Source of the DNA: an uncultured Verrucomicrobiota bacterium
GTDB lineage: Bacteria > Verrucomicrobiota > Kiritimatiellia > PWTM01
Direction of reading: 5' to 3'
DNA length: 64,000 bases
Assembly: GCA_964610105.1 (NCBI GenBank)
Contig: CAZSUU010000011.1
Location: 21,394-85,393 of the forward strand
Position 1 is the stretch's first letter. Each line of letters opens with the position of its first letter. This document shows, one piece after another, positions 1 to 12,635 of the stretch. The notes beneath the pieces are model-generated. The model made no database searches. It was not told the DNA's origin and was given only the letters and a program-made list of their open reading frames with translations. A program made the position numbers and the translations under genes.

Positions 1-1275
1 GGCGAACGCCTCATCGGCCGGGCAGTTGAGCTTCGCCTCGCCCCTCACGGCCTTGAAGAAGTTCTCCAGGTGCGGCTGGTGGATGAACTTGTTCAGCACG
101 ATCGGGATGTCGAACATCTCGGGCAGCGGCGACTCGCGGATGTCGATCTTCTCGGCCTCTGTCGGCTGGGGCAAAGGCGCCGCCGGGGCGCGCAGGTAGT
201 TCTTCGCCCTCCACTCGTCCCACGGCGGCGCCGCGACCTCGCGGTACAACTTGGTCGTATTCGGGTTCTCCGACATCTTCAACGACCCGTCGGTGCCCAT
301 GAAGTACTCGAAGTAGCCTCCCCCGCCGCTGCTGGTGGTCTGCACCTGGTAGAGCGCGCGGGTCGTGCCCTCCGGCAGCGCGTACTCGTAGACTACCATC
401 GCGTTGTCGAACCAGTCGCGATTCTTGTAGTAATCGAGCCCGCCCGCCGCCAGCACCCGCTTCGGATAGGCGTCGAGGAACCAGTTGAAGATATCGATCT
501 GGTGGGCGCCAAGGTCGGAAAGCGGACCGCCCCCGAACTTCTTGAACCAGCGCCAGTTTCGAAACTGGTGCATGTTGTCGAAGCCGTACTTCGCCAATTG
601 TCCGGCCGGCATCTCGGCGCCCCTGGGGAAACCGGTATCGGGCTTCACCGCGCGATTCCACTGGGCGTTGGCGGCGGTCACGCGGCCGCAGATCCTGGCC
701 TCCCGGAGCAGGCGTTGGAACGCGAAGATGTAACGGGGATTGCTCCGGCGCTGGTGGCCGATCTGCAGCAGCCTGCCCGTTTCCCTCATCGTCCGGACCA
801 TCGAACGCGCTCCTTCCACGGTGTTCGACATCATCTTCTCGCAGTAGACATGGAGCCCGGCCTTGAGGCAGGTGTTCGTCACCGGCGCGTGCCAGACGTC
901 GGGCGTCGCAACGATCACGGCCCGCAGGTCCTTCTCCCCGGCCAGCAGGTCCTCGACATTCTCGTAGGCGTTGACCTTGGAACCGTTTGCCTTCAGGTAC
1001 CGCCGGCCATACTCGCGGCTGTAGTCCCAGATGTCCGCGATCGCCGCGAACTCGATGCCGGCGATTTTGAGGAGGGCGTCCGTCAGTGTGCGGCCCTGCT
1101 CGCCCCAACCCACCAGTGCGAAGCGGATCCGCGATGACGGCGATACGCGCCGGGCGTGCGCCCGCGGCAGTACCAGCCCCGCGCCCGCGGCGGCCGCGGC
1201 GCACACGAGAAACGAGCGGCGGGAGAGACCGCCGGAAGGGGAGGGGCCGTTGGGCGGATGAACAGGCGAATTCAA
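1..1275 (-). CDS. Gfo/Idh/MocA family oxidoreductase with a twin-arginine (SRRSFL) signal; 3' end runs off the window start
   Basis: The real minus-strand frame (codons ending at multiples of 3) is absent from the ORF track because it has no stop in the window. It translates to typical Gfo/Idh/MocA sequence (VIVATPDVWHAPVTNTCLKAGLHVYCEK, LQIGHQRRSNPRY). The start is uncertain: the nearest in-frame start is a TTG at ~1275. The listed ORF 11..1315 is an out-of-frame artefact. Confidence 0.75.
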   Translation of the reverse strand, partial: MNSPVHPPNGPSPSGGLSRRSFLVCAAAAAGAGLVLPRAHARRVSPSSRIRFALVGWGEQGRTLTDALLKIAGIEFAAIADIWDYSREYGRRYLKANGSKVNAYENVEDLLAGEKDLRAVIVATPDVWHAPVTNTCLKAGLHVYCEKMMSNTVEGARSMVRTMRETGRLLQIGHQRRSNPRYIFAFQRLLREARICGRVTAANAQWNRAVKPDTGFPRGAEMPAGQLAKYGFDNMHQFRNWRWFKKFGGGPLSDLGAHQIDIFNWFLDAYPKRVLAAGGLDYYKNRDWFDNAMVVYEYALPEGTTRALYQVQTTSSGGGGYFEYFMGTDGSLKMSENPNTTKLYREVAAPPWDEWRAKNYLRAPAAPLPQPTEAEKIDIRESPLPEMFDIPIVLNKFIHQPHLENFFKAVRGEAKLNCPADEAFA

Positions 1276-1630
1276 AGGCGGCGGAACAGTCTCTGAAGGC
1301 GGCGCCGTTGTACAAAGGAACGGACGGATTGGAGTGGAAGCGCCGAATGGTCCGATCGGGTCGGTTGCGGCTCGTCGCTTCAGGATCGGTTTCATATGCG
1401 CCACCCGTGGTGATGGGCCCTGGTCATTTGATCCCGCCCCCCGCGCGTCCCGCACGGCGAAGGGCGCCTTCAATAACATAAACGCATGCCGGTCGCGGGT
1501 CCTTCAGACCGTTCTCGTGTTTCCTGCTGCCACCGGGTTCGAGGGTGTCCACGGGCACGAATGCGATTCCGGGACTCTTGAAATCCCGCCAGGTCAGGGC
1601 ATGGTATGGGCAAAAAGCGGGAGATCCCTG

Positions 1631-2257
1631 ATGAAGATCACAGCGCATTCAGCGAGCGCAGCCCTGATGATGCTCGCCGGCGTCTCCGGCGGCGCGCCGA
1701 TGGACTTCGACTTCGCGGATCCCAAGGGCGTCAACGCCATCCACATCCTGCTCGATACCCCGCTCGAGCCGATCGCCGGCATGGCGGGCGGCGTGAGCGG
1801 GCAGGTGAAGTTCGATCCGGAGGCGCCTGCGAAAACGGCCGGGTATATCGAGGTGACGGTCGCCAACCTGGTGTTCGCCAACCCCATGATGACGCAGGTC
1901 TCGCGGGCGACGGACTGGCTGGATGTCGCGCAGTTCCCGAGGATCCGGTTCGACGTGCGCGAGGTGACCGATGTGAAGAAGCTGGACGATACGGGGCGGT
2001 ACACGGCCCGGGTGAAGGGCGACTTCCAGTGCCGCGGCGTTTCAAAGCCGCTGGAGGTCGACGTGGGCTTTCAGTATCTCCCCGGCCGCCTGGGCGATCG
2101 CGTGAAAGGCGCAAGCGGCGATCTGCTGGTGCTGAGGGCCGGATTCTCGGTTCGCCGGACCGACTTCGGGCTCAAGCTGGATCCCGATTTCCTGCACGTC
2201 GCCGACGAAGTCCAGATCCGATTCGGCATCGCCGGCCAGGCCGCAAGGAAGCCGTAA
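1631..2257 (+). CDS. YceI-like periplasmic (polyisoprenoid-binding) protein
   Basis: Internal start MKITAHSASAALMMLAGVSGG (signal peptide) inside ORF 1334..2257; ~209 aa, YceI-like beta-barrel sequence. Confidence 0.7.
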   Translation: MKITAHSASAALMMLAGVSGGAPMDFDFADPKGVNAIHILLDTPLEPIAGMAGGVSGQVKFDPEAPAKTAGYIEVTVANLVFANPMMTQVSRATDWLDVAQFPRIRFDVREVTDVKKLDDTGRYTARVKGDFQCRGVSKPLEVDVGFQYLPGRLGDRVKGASGDLLVLRAGFSVRRTDFGLKLDPDFLHVADEVQIRFGIAGQAARKP

Positions 2258-2427
2258 GGCGGCGAGGCGCCGGCGCGTCAGGGATGCTGCGCTCTACCCG
2301 CCGTCCGCCCGACCCATCGCGCGCGGAGAACGCGGGTATGATTGCCCGCGGTACGGGGGTGGAGGAATCCGCACCGCGCGCCATCCTGCGCGCGAGCGAG
2401 GACGGCACACGGGTGAGAGAATGAAGA

Positions 2428-4596
2428 TCAATACACCAGCGACGGCGAAGCGACCCAGACGGTCGCTTCCGCGCGCCGCTCGGCGGGGCGGTCGACGAGG
2501 ATGATCGTGTCCCAGCGGAGCGGTCCGTCGATGACGCCGTCGCTCTTCGCGCCCCAATGGGTCAGGTGTCCGGTCAGCGGGATCTCAAGGTAGCGCCAAT
2601 CCCCGCTCTCCACGCGCGATTGCGGGGGCTGGAAGACCTCGCCGTTGGCGTCGGCGAACCGGAGGGTCAACCGGCAGTCCGATCCTTCGCGCCGGGTCCA
2701 GAGCCCCATCGCCACGGGGCGTCCCTCGATCGCGCGATCCGCCTCGCGCAGGGGAAAGAGGCGGACGTAGCGCGGGCCCTTCTCAACGGCAAGGTCGATG
2801 CGGACCGCCCGCGCAACGGCTGTCGGAAGACCGGGAGGCGCGGGTTCCCACGCCACGGAGACCACCGCGTCGGCGGTGCCGTCGCCAGACTTCTCGACCC
2901 TGAATCGCGCGGCCGCATCGTCCGCGGTCAGGACGGCCAGCGGCACCGTGCGTCGGGGCGGCGTCAGGAAGACGGTGGCGCCGTCATTCCGCCGGACCCG
3001 CAGGCTCACGGGGCTCGCGAGAAAGCCGCCGTCGAGCGGCGGCAGCGATACCGTCGCCGTCGCCGCGCCCGCCTTCATGCGGAGCCGGGTCAGGGAGAGC
3101 ACGCGGCCGGCTGAGGAAGCCTCGATGTCGCCGTCGAAGGCGTCGCCAAACGCCTTCTCCGCGATCGCGCACGCCGATCCGTCCGGCTGAACGCTCAGCA
3201 GGGCGGCGGAGATGCGCTCGTCCTGCCAGTCGTACGGGGGTCCGGTCGGGCGGCCGAGAAGACGGGCCGTCCAGCGGCGGGCCGTGCCCGCGCCTCCCGA
3301 AGACGGCGAATAGCCCCTTGGGAACGCGAGATACAGGGGATGGCCCGTCAGGGTCAGCGCCACCCGTCCATCGAGCGCAGCCAGGGCCGGCTGCGCCTCG
3401 CCGAGGTGGTTCGTGACGCCGATCGGCCCCGCCTTTGCGGCCAGCCACGCGGTCACCGGTTTCTCCGACGTGGTCCAGGCGGCCAGCATGCGCGTATCGC
3501 CGTTTTCGAAAAGCAGCGCCCAGTCGTCGGGCGACGAGGCCGGCCCCCTCGCTTCCTCCGCCGCTCCCCCCCGGAAAAGAGGCGCGCGCCCTGCATACCG
3601 GAAGCCGCCCAACAGGCCCGTGAAGGTCCGGGCGGCCCGGTAGGCGGGCTTGGGATCGTACACGGGGTCCCGGCCCGCGTGATACTCGTGGGCCACGGTG
3701 CCGAAGTGGTGCTCGGCCTCCTTCGGATCGCGGCCGTCGTCGTGCCAGTCGTACCAGATGGACAGCGGGATGCCGCACGCGGTGTTCGCCAGCCACTGCC
3801 GGGCCAGCATCGCACCCTGCGACGTCTCGTCGAAACGGGCCCAGGCGGCGGAGTACCCCCATTCGCCGGAGAGGATCGGGATGTCCCGGCCCGCGGGGGC
3901 GTAGCGTGCGATCAGGTCGCGCAGCTGGCCGTACTCCCGCGCCACGGTCTCGGGTCCGCTCTCGTGGCGGTAAGGGTGAACCGTCACCGCATCCCAGAAG
4001 TCCAGGAGGCCGCCCTTGAAGCAGGCCTCGAGGAACGGCAGGTCGATGCGCGAGGTCGCGGGGCCGACATACCATTCGCCCGGCGCCGCTTCCCGGATCG
4101 CGTGTCCGGTTACGCGCGCGAGGGCGATGTAGTTGGTGACGTTCGGCTCCGGCTTCCAGAACCCGATGTTGGGCTCGTTCCACATCTCCCAGATGAAACC
4201 CCGCCCGCGGAAATGCTTCACGCCCTCCGCCGCCCAGCGCGCGAACGCCTGCCGGCCCTCGTCGCTGGCGGGCGAGGCGCCGCCGTCGTAGTGGCGGTTG
4301 CCGTAGTCGAGGATGAAGAGGGCCTTCAGCCCGTGCTTCCCGAGGGCGGCGACCAGACGATCGTAGGCCGAGAAGTCGTACACGCCCTTCTCGCGTTCCG
4401 TCGCCCCCCACACGAAGTCCATGCGCACCCACTTCACGCCCGACGCGGCCAGCATCTCCATCTCGCCGGGCCGGGGGTCCGTGAAGTGGATGTTCACGCC
4501 GAATCCGCCGGGGATGGCGACGTCCGGCGGAAAAGGCGCGGCGCCGGCCGCCGCGGCGGAAAGCAGGGCGATGGACCACAGGCGCATAGGTCGCAC
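2428..4596 (-). CDS. secreted glycoside hydrolase family 5 (cellulase superfamily) with C-terminal extension
   Basis: N-terminal signal peptide; GH5 catalytic motifs WEMWNEPN (acid/base) and ILSGEWGY (nucleophile). Confidence 0.75.
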   Translation of the reverse strand: MRPMRLWSIALLSAAAAGAAPFPPDVAIPGGFGVNIHFTDPRPGEMEMLAASGVKWVRMDFVWGATEREKGVYDFSAYDRLVAALGKHGLKALFILDYGNRHYDGGASPASDEGRQAFARWAAEGVKHFRGRGFIWEMWNEPNIGFWKPEPNVTNYIALARVTGHAIREAAPGEWYVGPATSRIDLPFLEACFKGGLLDFWDAVTVHPYRHESGPETVAREYGQLRDLIARYAPAGRDIPILSGEWGYSAAWARFDETSQGAMLARQWLANTACGIPLSIWYDWHDDGRDPKEAEHHFGTVAHEYHAGRDPVYDPKPAYRAARTFTGLLGGFRYAGRAPLFRGGAAEEARGPASSPDDWALLFENGDTRMLAAWTTSEKPVTAWLAAKAGPIGVTNHLGEAQPALAALDGRVALTLTGHPLYLAFPRGYSPSSGGAGTARRWTARLLGRPTGPPYDWQDERISAALLSVQPDGSACAIAEKAFGDAFDGDIEASSAGRVLSLTRLRMKAGAATATVSLPPLDGGFLASPVSLRVRRNDGATVFLTPPRRTVPLAVLTADDAAARFRVEKSGDGTADAVVSVAWEPAPPGLPTAVARAVRIDLAVEKGPRYVRLFPLREADRAIEGRPVAMGLWTRREGSDCRLTLRFADANGEVFQPPQSRVESGDWRYLEIPLTGHLTHWGAKSDGVIDGPLRWDTIILVDRPAERRAEATVWVASPSLVY

Positions 4597-4604
4597 CGAC
4601 GGTC

Positions 4605-7465
<2,861 letters not shown>

Positions 7466-7511
7466 CGGGCCGCCGGAGGCGATGATCTGAAGCAGGAGCA
7501 GGGGACAAGAC

Positions 7512-10082
7512 ATGCAGAAGAACGCGATGTGGAAGTGGATACTGCTGATCGTGCTGTGCGGGCTTTCCATCTGGGTGACGCACCCGCCCATGGACAGGGT
7601 CGACGAAGAGGGGAAGGTGATCCGCCAGGGCAAGATCCGCCTGGGGCTCGATCTCAAGGGCGGGTCGAGCTTCGTCGTGGAGGTGGACCGCCAGGAGCTG
7701 CAGCGCAAGATCGAGGAGCGCGATCCGTCGCATTCGCCCGCCCAGGTCGAGGCCATCCTCAACCGGGAGGTCGTCAACGCGCGCGACGTCGGCATCGAGG
7801 CCATCCGCAACCGCATCGACAACCTGGGCATCGCCGAGCCGGCCATCTATCCCCAGCTCGACAACCGCATCGTGATCCAGATGCCGGGCGTCGACGAGAA
7901 GAAGCGCGAGGAGGCCCGCAAGTCCATTCAGAGCGTGGCGTTCCTGGAGTTCCGTCTCGTCCACAAGAACAGCGCCCGCTGGGTCGAGCGGCTGTTCTCG
8001 GACGGGAAGTTCCCGAAGGGCTTCAAGCCGGCCATGTCGGGCGAGAGCTACGTCTTCGTCCGGGATGCGAGCGACCTCGCCGAGGAGGACATGGACGCCG
8101 CCTACTGGCAGGCCCTCCGCCGGTTTGCCCCGCACGAGGGCGCCGAGTTCATGCTCGAGAAGCGCCAGGCGGCCGACCAGTCGTTCGTCTATCACCCGTA
8201 CTACGTCGAGACCGTCCAGCAGCTCACCGGCAAGAGCATCAAGACGGCGATGAGCGACACCGATAATTTCGGCCGCCCCAAGGTGTCGCTGGAGTTCGAC
8301 AGGGCCGGCCGGAAGAAGTTCGCGCAGTTGACGCGCGATTATGCCCCCCACGGCGACAAGAACCGGGAGAGCAACGACGGGCGCCAGCTCGCCATCATCC
8401 TCGACGGCACCCTGCGCTCGGCGCCCGAGCTCCGCGAGGAGATCAACACCGGCCGCGCGGAGATCACCGGTTCGTTCTCGCTGGGCGAGGTGCGGCAGCT
8501 GGTCAACGTCCTCCGCACCGGCGCGCTGCAGGCGCCGATGCGGATCGTGGAGGAGCGGACCGTGTCTGCGACGCTCGGCAGGGACTCGATCAAGTCCGGC
8601 GTCAATGCCACCCTCATCGGCAGCGTCCTGGTGATGTTCTTCATGGGGCTCTACTATCTCGTGCCGGGCCTGCTGGCCAACACGGCGCTGATCCTCGACC
8701 TCGTGCTCCTGCCGCTGGCCGCCCTCTTCGTGGCGAACTTCTTCGGCGTGTTCTCCGGCTTCCAGGGAGGCACGATCGGACTGCCGGCGCTGACCCTGCC
8801 CGGCATCGCGGGCATCGCGCTGACCCTCGGCATGGCGGTCGACGCGAACGTGCTGATCAACGAGCGCATCCGCGAGGAATTGAAGGCCGGCAAACATCTC
8901 GGTCCGGCGGTGGAGGCCGGCTACGACCGCGCCTTCCTGACGATCTTCGACTCGAACCTCACCACGCTGCTCGCGGCGGTGATCATGTTCTGGCAGGGCA
9001 CGGGGCCGGTGCGGGGGTACGCGATCACCCTGAGCGCCGGCATCCTCGCCAGCATGTACACCGCCGTCGTCGTGACGCGCATGATCTTCGACTGGATGCT
9101 GCGCAATCCGAACCTGAAGACCGTGAGGATGCTGAGCGTCATCGGCGAGACCCGGTTCGACTTCCTCAAGCAGCGGTACTGGGCGATCGCCCTGTCGGTG
9201 ATAGTGATCGTGGGCTCTTGGACCGTGTTTGTCATGAAGGGCCAGAAGAACTTCGGCGTCGACTTCGTCGGCGGCGCCCAGCTGACGTGCGAGTTCAAGC
9301 AGAAGCCGGACATCGGCGCGGTCCGCCGGGCGCTGGAAGCGGCGGGCATCCGCGACGTCAACCCGCAGTACCAGAAGTTCGGCGACAAGGAAGTGCTCGT
9401 CGTCGGCGTGCCGTTCGAATTCGGCGGCAAGGCGAAAGAGGTCATGGAAGAGGGCTTCGCCGGGGCCGGATGCCAGGTGATCGCGCGCGAGGATGTCGGC
9501 CCGCAGGTTGGGGAGGAACTGAAGCGCAAGGGCGTGACCGCGCTGCTCTGGTCGCTGGTCGGGATGATCGTCTACATCTCCGTGCGGTTCGAGTTCAGTT
9601 TCGCCGTGGGCGCCGTGATCGCCCTGGCGCACGACGCGCTGGTGGCCGTCGGCGTGTTCTGCCTGCTCGGCCGGCAGCTCAGCACCCCGATGATCGCGGT
9701 GGTGCTGACGATCATCGGCTACTCGGTCAACGACACCATCGTGATCTTCGATCGCATCCGCGAGCAGATGAAGCTGCACCGCGACATGAAGTTCAAGGAC
9801 CTGTGCAACGCCGCGTTGAATCAGACCCTCGGCCGCACGATCCTCACCACGGGGGTGACCCTGCTCAGCGTCATCTCGCTGATGGTGTTCGGCGGCGGGG
9901 CGATCAACGACTTCGCCGTGCTGCTCTTCATCGGGTTCGTTGCCGGCACGTACTCGTCGGTGTTCATCGCCACGCCGGTGGCCCTGCTCTGGCATCCCGA
10001 CCGCCCGAAGAAGGAGGTCGAGAAGAAGACCGCCCGCAACGGCGTCAGGCAGCCGGTGAAGGGACAGCCGGCGAAGGCCTGA
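7512..10082 (+). CDS. secDF: fused protein-export membrane protein SecDF
   Basis: 856-aa polytopic membrane protein with SecD periplasmic domain then SecF-like second half; directly downstream of yajC. Confidence 0.9.
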   Translation: MQKNAMWKWILLIVLCGLSIWVTHPPMDRVDEEGKVIRQGKIRLGLDLKGGSSFVVEVDRQELQRKIEERDPSHSPAQVEAILNREVVNARDVGIEAIRNRIDNLGIAEPAIYPQLDNRIVIQMPGVDEKKREEARKSIQSVAFLEFRLVHKNSARWVERLFSDGKFPKGFKPAMSGESYVFVRDASDLAEEDMDAAYWQALRRFAPHEGAEFMLEKRQAADQSFVYHPYYVETVQQLTGKSIKTAMSDTDNFGRPKVSLEFDRAGRKKFAQLTRDYAPHGDKNRESNDGRQLAIILDGTLRSAPELREEINTGRAEITGSFSLGEVRQLVNVLRTGALQAPMRIVEERTVSATLGRDSIKSGVNATLIGSVLVMFFMGLYYLVPGLLANTALILDLVLLPLAALFVANFFGVFSGFQGGTIGLPALTLPGIAGIALTLGMAVDANVLINERIREELKAGKHLGPAVEAGYDRAFLTIFDSNLTTLLAAVIMFWQGTGPVRGYAITLSAGILASMYTAVVVTRMIFDWMLRNPNLKTVRMLSVIGETRFDFLKQRYWAIALSVIVIVGSWTVFVMKGQKNFGVDFVGGAQLTCEFKQKPDIGAVRRALEAAGIRDVNPQYQKFGDKEVLVVGVPFEFGGKAKEVMEEGFAGAGCQVIAREDVGPQVGEELKRKGVTALLWSLVGMIVYISVRFEFSFAVGAVIALAHDALVAVGVFCLLGRQLSTPMIAVVLTIIGYSVNDTIVIFDRIREQMKLHRDMKFKDLCNAALNQTLGRTILTTGVTLLSVISLMVFGGGAINDFAVLLFIGFVAGTYSSVFIATPVALLWHPDRPKKEVEKKTARNGVRQPVKGQPAKA

Positions 10083-10113
10083 GCAAACCGGGCGCGGGGG
10101 CGCCCGCGGGGCC

Positions 10114-11925
10114 ATGAAGCACTGGGTCACGACGCCCGCCGATGAGGCCGCCTCGGAGCGCCTCGCGGGCGAGCTTGGCTGCCCTTCCCCCTTTGCGCGC
10201 ATCCTGGTCGCACGCGGGCTGGGTCAGGCGTCGGAGGCCCGGCGGTTCCTCCATCCGGCCCTTCGCGACCTCGGCGATCCCTTCGAGCTGCCGGGCATGC
10301 GCGCGGCGGCCGAAGCCGTGTGGTCGGCGCTGGCGAACGGTCGTCCGACGGTCGTTTACGGCGACTATGACGTCGACGGCCTGACGGCCACCGCTCTGCT
10401 CGTCGGTGTGCTGCGGAAGCTCGGGGCGCAGGTGGAGGCGTTCCTTCCACACCGTACCGACGACGGCTATGGACTGGTCCCCGAAACGCTCGACAAGTGC
10501 GTCGAGCGACACCACCCCCGCTTCCTGGTCACCGTCGACTGCGGGACCAACGCCGCGGCGGCGGTCGAGCGCGCTCGGGCCCACGGCGTGGACGTCGTCA
10601 TCACCGATCATCACCAGCCCTCGGGTCCGCCCGCCCCCGCCGTCGCCGTGGTGAATCCCCGCCTCGGGGACCCGGCGTCGCCCTGGTTCGACCTCTCGGG
10701 CGTCGGCGTGGCGTTCAAACTCGCCCACGCCGTGGTGAAGATCGGCCTTGAGCACGGTTCCGCGGCGGCCCGGGGCCTCGCTTCGCGGCTGAAGGACCAC
10801 CTGGACCTGGTGGTGCTCGGAACCGTGGCCGACTGCGTGCCGCTGCGGGGGGAGAACCGCATCTACGTTCGCCATGGCCTGCCCCTGCTGGACCGGCCGG
10901 CGGGGGTGGGCCTCCGGGCCCTGCGGGAGGTGGCGGCGGTGCGCGGCGCGACCGACACCTATCACGTTGGCTTCCTCCTGGGTCCGCGCCTGAACGCCTC
11001 CGGCCGCCTGGGCACGGCCGAGAAGGCGCTGGAACTGCTGATGACCGACGATCCCGGCCGCGGCCGCCGCCTGGCGGAGGAACTCGACGCGGCCAACCGG
11101 GAGCGCCAGGCGATCGAGAAACGGATCTTCGAAGAGGCGCGGGCGCTGATCGAAGCGCGGCACGCGCCCGAGCTCGAACCGGGCATCGTGATCGCCCACG
11201 AGGGCTGGCATCCCGGCGTGATCGGCATCGTCGCCTCGCGCCTCTGCGGCTTCTACAGCCGGCCGTCGATCGTGATCGCCCTGGACGGCGACTGCGGGCG
11301 CGGGTCCTGCCGGAGCGTCGAGGCGGTCGATCTCGTGGCGTGCCTGCGCGACTGCGCGGCGGTGCTGCCCCGCTACGGCGGTCACAGCATGGCCGCCGGA
11401 CTGGATGTCGCGCGGGATCGGATTGACGAGCTGCGCAGGTTGTTCTTCGAGGCGATCGGGCGGCGGGTGACGCTGGCGGCGCTCCATCCGGTGCTGCATG
11501 TCGATGCCTGGATCGGATTGAAGGACGCCGACGATCGGCTCTTGAAGGCGATGGCGGCCCTGCGGCCCTGCGGCCAGGGCAATCCGGAACCGGTGTGGGC
11601 CGTTGCGGGCGTGCGCCTGCTGTACCCCCGGAAGGTGGGGGACAGGCACCTCAAGATGACCGTGGAACAGGGCGGGGTGCGACGCGACGCTATCGCGTTC
11701 GGCTTCGGCGACCGGCCGATCCCGGAGGGCGCCGCGGACGTGGCCTTCGAGCTGAAGGAAAACACCTGGAACGGCGCCACCAGCCTGCAGCTCCACGTGC
11801 GCGACATCCGCTCGTCCCCATCCAACTCGAACTCTAAGGCGGCGAGCCGCAACCCAACGGTCCTGGACGCTCAATGCTCTCACTCCAATCCGTGCGTTCC
11901 TCCGTGCAACCGCGCCGCCTTCTGA
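10114..11925 (+). CDS. recJ: single-stranded-DNA-specific exonuclease RecJ (C-terminal ~33 codons read into a repeat element)
   Basis: DHH/DHHA1 motifs (VVYGDYDVDGLTATALL, VTVDCGT, ITDHHQP, GGHSMAAG); the ORF tail SKAASRNPTVLDAQCSHSNPCVPPCNRAAF is encoded by repeat copy A. Confidence 0.85.
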   Translation: MKHWVTTPADEAASERLAGELGCPSPFARILVARGLGQASEARRFLHPALRDLGDPFELPGMRAAAEAVWSALANGRPTVVYGDYDVDGLTATALLVGVLRKLGAQVEAFLPHRTDDGYGLVPETLDKCVERHHPRFLVTVDCGTNAAAAVERARAHGVDVVITDHHQPSGPPAPAVAVVNPRLGDPASPWFDLSGVGVAFKLAHAVVKIGLEHGSAAARGLASRLKDHLDLVVLGTVADCVPLRGENRIYVRHGLPLLDRPAGVGLRALREVAAVRGATDTYHVGFLLGPRLNASGRLGTAEKALELLMTDDPGRGRRLAEELDAANRERQAIEKRIFEEARALIEARHAPELEPGIVIAHEGWHPGVIGIVASRLCGFYSRPSIVIALDGDCGRGSCRSVEAVDLVACLRDCAAVLPRYGGHSMAAGLDVARDRIDELRRLFFEAIGRRVTLAALHPVLHVDAWIGLKDADDRLLKAMAALRPCGQGNPEPVWAVAGVRLLYPRKVGDRHLKMTVEQGGVRRDAIAFGFGDRPIPEGAADVAFELKENTWNGATSLQLHVRDIRSSPSNSNSKAASRNPTVLDAQCSHSNPCVPPCNRAAF

Positions 11926-12011
11926 GATTGTTCCGCCGCCCTTCGCAACGGAGAACCGTCACGCAAAACATCATACGCATCTGCGTATCATGTCTGGGCG
12001 GAACAATCTGA
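11836..12011 (+). repeat. copy A of a ~175-bp nested-hairpin repeat family (novel, unclassified)
   Basis: Shares ~85% identity with 23550-23726 (+) and 45953-46130 (-). Conserved 5' block aaggcggcgagcCgcaacc, block cgttcctccgtgcaaccgcgccgc, a 13-16 bp inverted repeat agattgttccgcc/ggcggaacaatct enclosing an inner hairpin atacgcatctgcgtat. Confidence 0.8.
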
Positions 12012-12131
12012 CTCCAACCTGCAACTCCTCTGACTCTCACTCCCCATCACACTCTCCATCCTCATCGAAGCCGGAGTTGCCGGGTTTCAAACCTCTTCGT
12101 ATCGGACGCCGAGAAGATGTATATTCGTTTC

Positions 12132-12566
12132 ATGAGCCATATTCCGAAAGGAATCGCGTTCTCACTGCTGCTTCTCGCGGCGGGCTGCGCGACGCCGGAG
12201 GCGCGCATCAGCCGGAACCCGGAGGTGTTCGCCGCCTTCCCGGCGGACGCCCAGGCATTGATCCGGAAGGGACAGGTCGCCATCGGCTTCACCAGGCCCA
12301 TGGTCGAGATGGCGATCGGACGGCCTTCGGTCGTGTCGATGCGACAGACCGCGGAAGGCGACGCGGAGATCTGGCAGTACATCGACTACGATCGCTATCC
12401 CTCCTATCGGCATGTGCCGATCCGTCACTACTACCGCGACAGCCGGGGACGGGTGTACACCGTCCACGATTTCCTGTGGGTCGATGACGACGTCTGGTAC
12501 GAACGCCAGCGGCTGCGCCTCGAGTTCCGGGACGGAAAGCTCGCGGCCATTGAGGGGACGCCTTGA
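12132..12566 (+). CDS. hypothetical lipoprotein
   Basis: MSHIPKGIAFSLLLLAAGC lipobox-type signal; ORF 12117..12566. Confidence 0.55.
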   Translation: MSHIPKGIAFSLLLLAAGCATPEARISRNPEVFAAFPADAQALIRKGQVAIGFTRPMVEMAIGRPSVVSMRQTAEGDAEIWQYIDYDRYPSYRHVPIRHYYRDSRGRVYTVHDFLWVDDDVWYERQRLRLEFRDGKLAAIEGTP

Positions 12567-12635
12567 GGTTGGGCGTCCGAAGCTCGAAATTGGGCGTCTC
12601 GTCGTTTCGTCGGTGGGGCTTGTTCCGCCTCCGCC

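Noticed and set aside
11-1315. Listed 434-aa minus-strand ORF at the window start.
   Set aside because: It is out of frame relative to the genuine Gfo/Idh/MocA oxidoreductase, which is in the frame without a stop inside the window; its translation is low-complexity.
11834-12040. Small ORFs inside the repeat copies (11834..12040 -, 23585..23776 -, 45800..45991 +) with similar peptides (QIVPPRHDTQMRMMF...).
   Set aside because: The peptide similarity simply reflects ~85% nucleotide identity. The frame is not maintained in copy C (stops within the element), so the element is not protein-coding.
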